This document shows, in pieces, positions 31,399 through 32,000 of a stretch of 32,000 nt of DNA (position 1 is its first letter; every line of letters starts with the position of its first letter). Source of the stretch: Idiomarina loihiensis L2TR (GTDB lineage: Bacteria; Pseudomonadota; Gammaproteobacteria; Enterobacterales; Alteromonadaceae); assembly GCF_000008465.1 (NCBI RefSeq), contig NC_006512.1, forward strand, positions 2,730,001-2,762,000, in the 5' to 3' direction. The position numbers were made by a program, and so were the translations under genes. Under the pieces are notes generated by a model. That model worked only from the letters and a program-made list of their open reading frames with translations. It did not search any database and was not told the DNA's origin.

Positions 31399-32000
31399 AT
31401 GGACTTCGAGTTTGTAAAAGAGTGGCTACAAAAATTCGGTCTTCAGAGCAACCTGGAGGAACTGAGTCTGGCTATCAGTTCGTTATTAGTTCTAATTGGT
31501 TGTTACATTACCTATGCCATAGCGCGTTGGCTTATCGATCATGCCATAGAGCACTTGTTAAAAAGGGCGCCCGAGCGGTGGTATAAATCGCTGGTTAACA
31601 GTGGCCTTTTTAAGCGTTGCGCAAACTTAGCCCCGGTTATCCTGATACACAGTTTCATACCAATTCTGTTTATCAATAACTTTGAAAGTTGGCAGTCCCC
31701 TCTGCGAACGGTTGTGGGTGTTTATCTGACCTGGGTTATTACCAGTATTCTGACAGCCCTGGCCAACGTCGTTTCCATTGCCTATGACTATACTTATAAA
31801 GCACGTGAGGTCCCCATTACCGGAGTCATTCAGGTCATAAAACTGATACTGGTACTCATGGCGATTCTCATCACTATTGCCATCATTATGAACAAGTCGC
31901 CTATGTACTTGCTAAGTGGTTTCGGCGCCATGACCGCCATTCTTATGGTGGTTTTCAGGGATACCCTAATGGGCTTTGTTGCCGGAGTGCAATTGGCGAC
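31399..32000 (+). CDS. Mechanosensitive (MscS-family, small/mini-conductance) channel, N-terminal part; continues beyond the window
   Basis: My manual translation from ATG 31399 is MDFEFVKEWLQKFG...LLSGFGAMTAILMVVFRDTLMGFVAGVQLA. It has several TM helices and then the conserved pore-helix motif of MscS-like channels. Confidence 0.65.
   Translation, partial: MDFEFVKEWLQKFGLQSNLEELSLAISSLLVLIGCYITYAIARWLIDHAIEHLLKRAPERWYKSLVNSGLFKRCANLAPVILIHSFIPILFINNFESWQSPLRTVVGVYLTWVITSILTALANVVSIAYDYTYKAREVPITGVIQVIKLILVLMAILITIAIIMNKSPMYLLSGFGAMTAILMVVFRDTLMGFVAGVQLA

Overview
This window looks like ordinary core chromosome from a gammaproteobacterium (gene order resembles Alteromonadales/Vibrio, about 48% GC). 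It has three parts. (1) A housekeeping block syntenic with the E. coli recQ-yigI-rarD ... uvrD-yigB-xerC-yigA-dapF-lptM / hemCDXY region, here with lysA between lptM and dapF, followed by a yceI/cytochrome b561 pair. (2) A complete minus-strand rrn operon: two tandem promoters, 16S, tRNA-Ile(GAT), tRNA-Ala(UGC), 23S, 5S. (3) A yrdA-like gamma-carbonic-anhydrase gene, a LexA-boxed imuA-imuB-dnaE2 SOS mutagenesis cassette, an acyltransferase and a partial MscS-type channel. The one accessory element is a 1382-bp IS110-family (IS1111-like) insertion sequence just downstream of the rrn terminators. Its ends can be read to the base because it splits one copy of a REP-like hairpin, and an intact copy of that hairpin lies 400 bp away in the 23S-5S spacer. 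Its 259-nt noncoding 3' arm has a stem-enclosed loop and segments resembling the insertion junction, which fits a bridge/seek guide RNA. A 5S-flank-like structured module with its own duplicated terminator lies between the 5S gene and the IS. I see no CRISPR array, prophage, defence island or new multi-gene system. The most interesting material is the IS, its putative guide RNA, its hairpin targets and the 5S-like module. Several ORF-track starts are too long and are corrected in the feature list.
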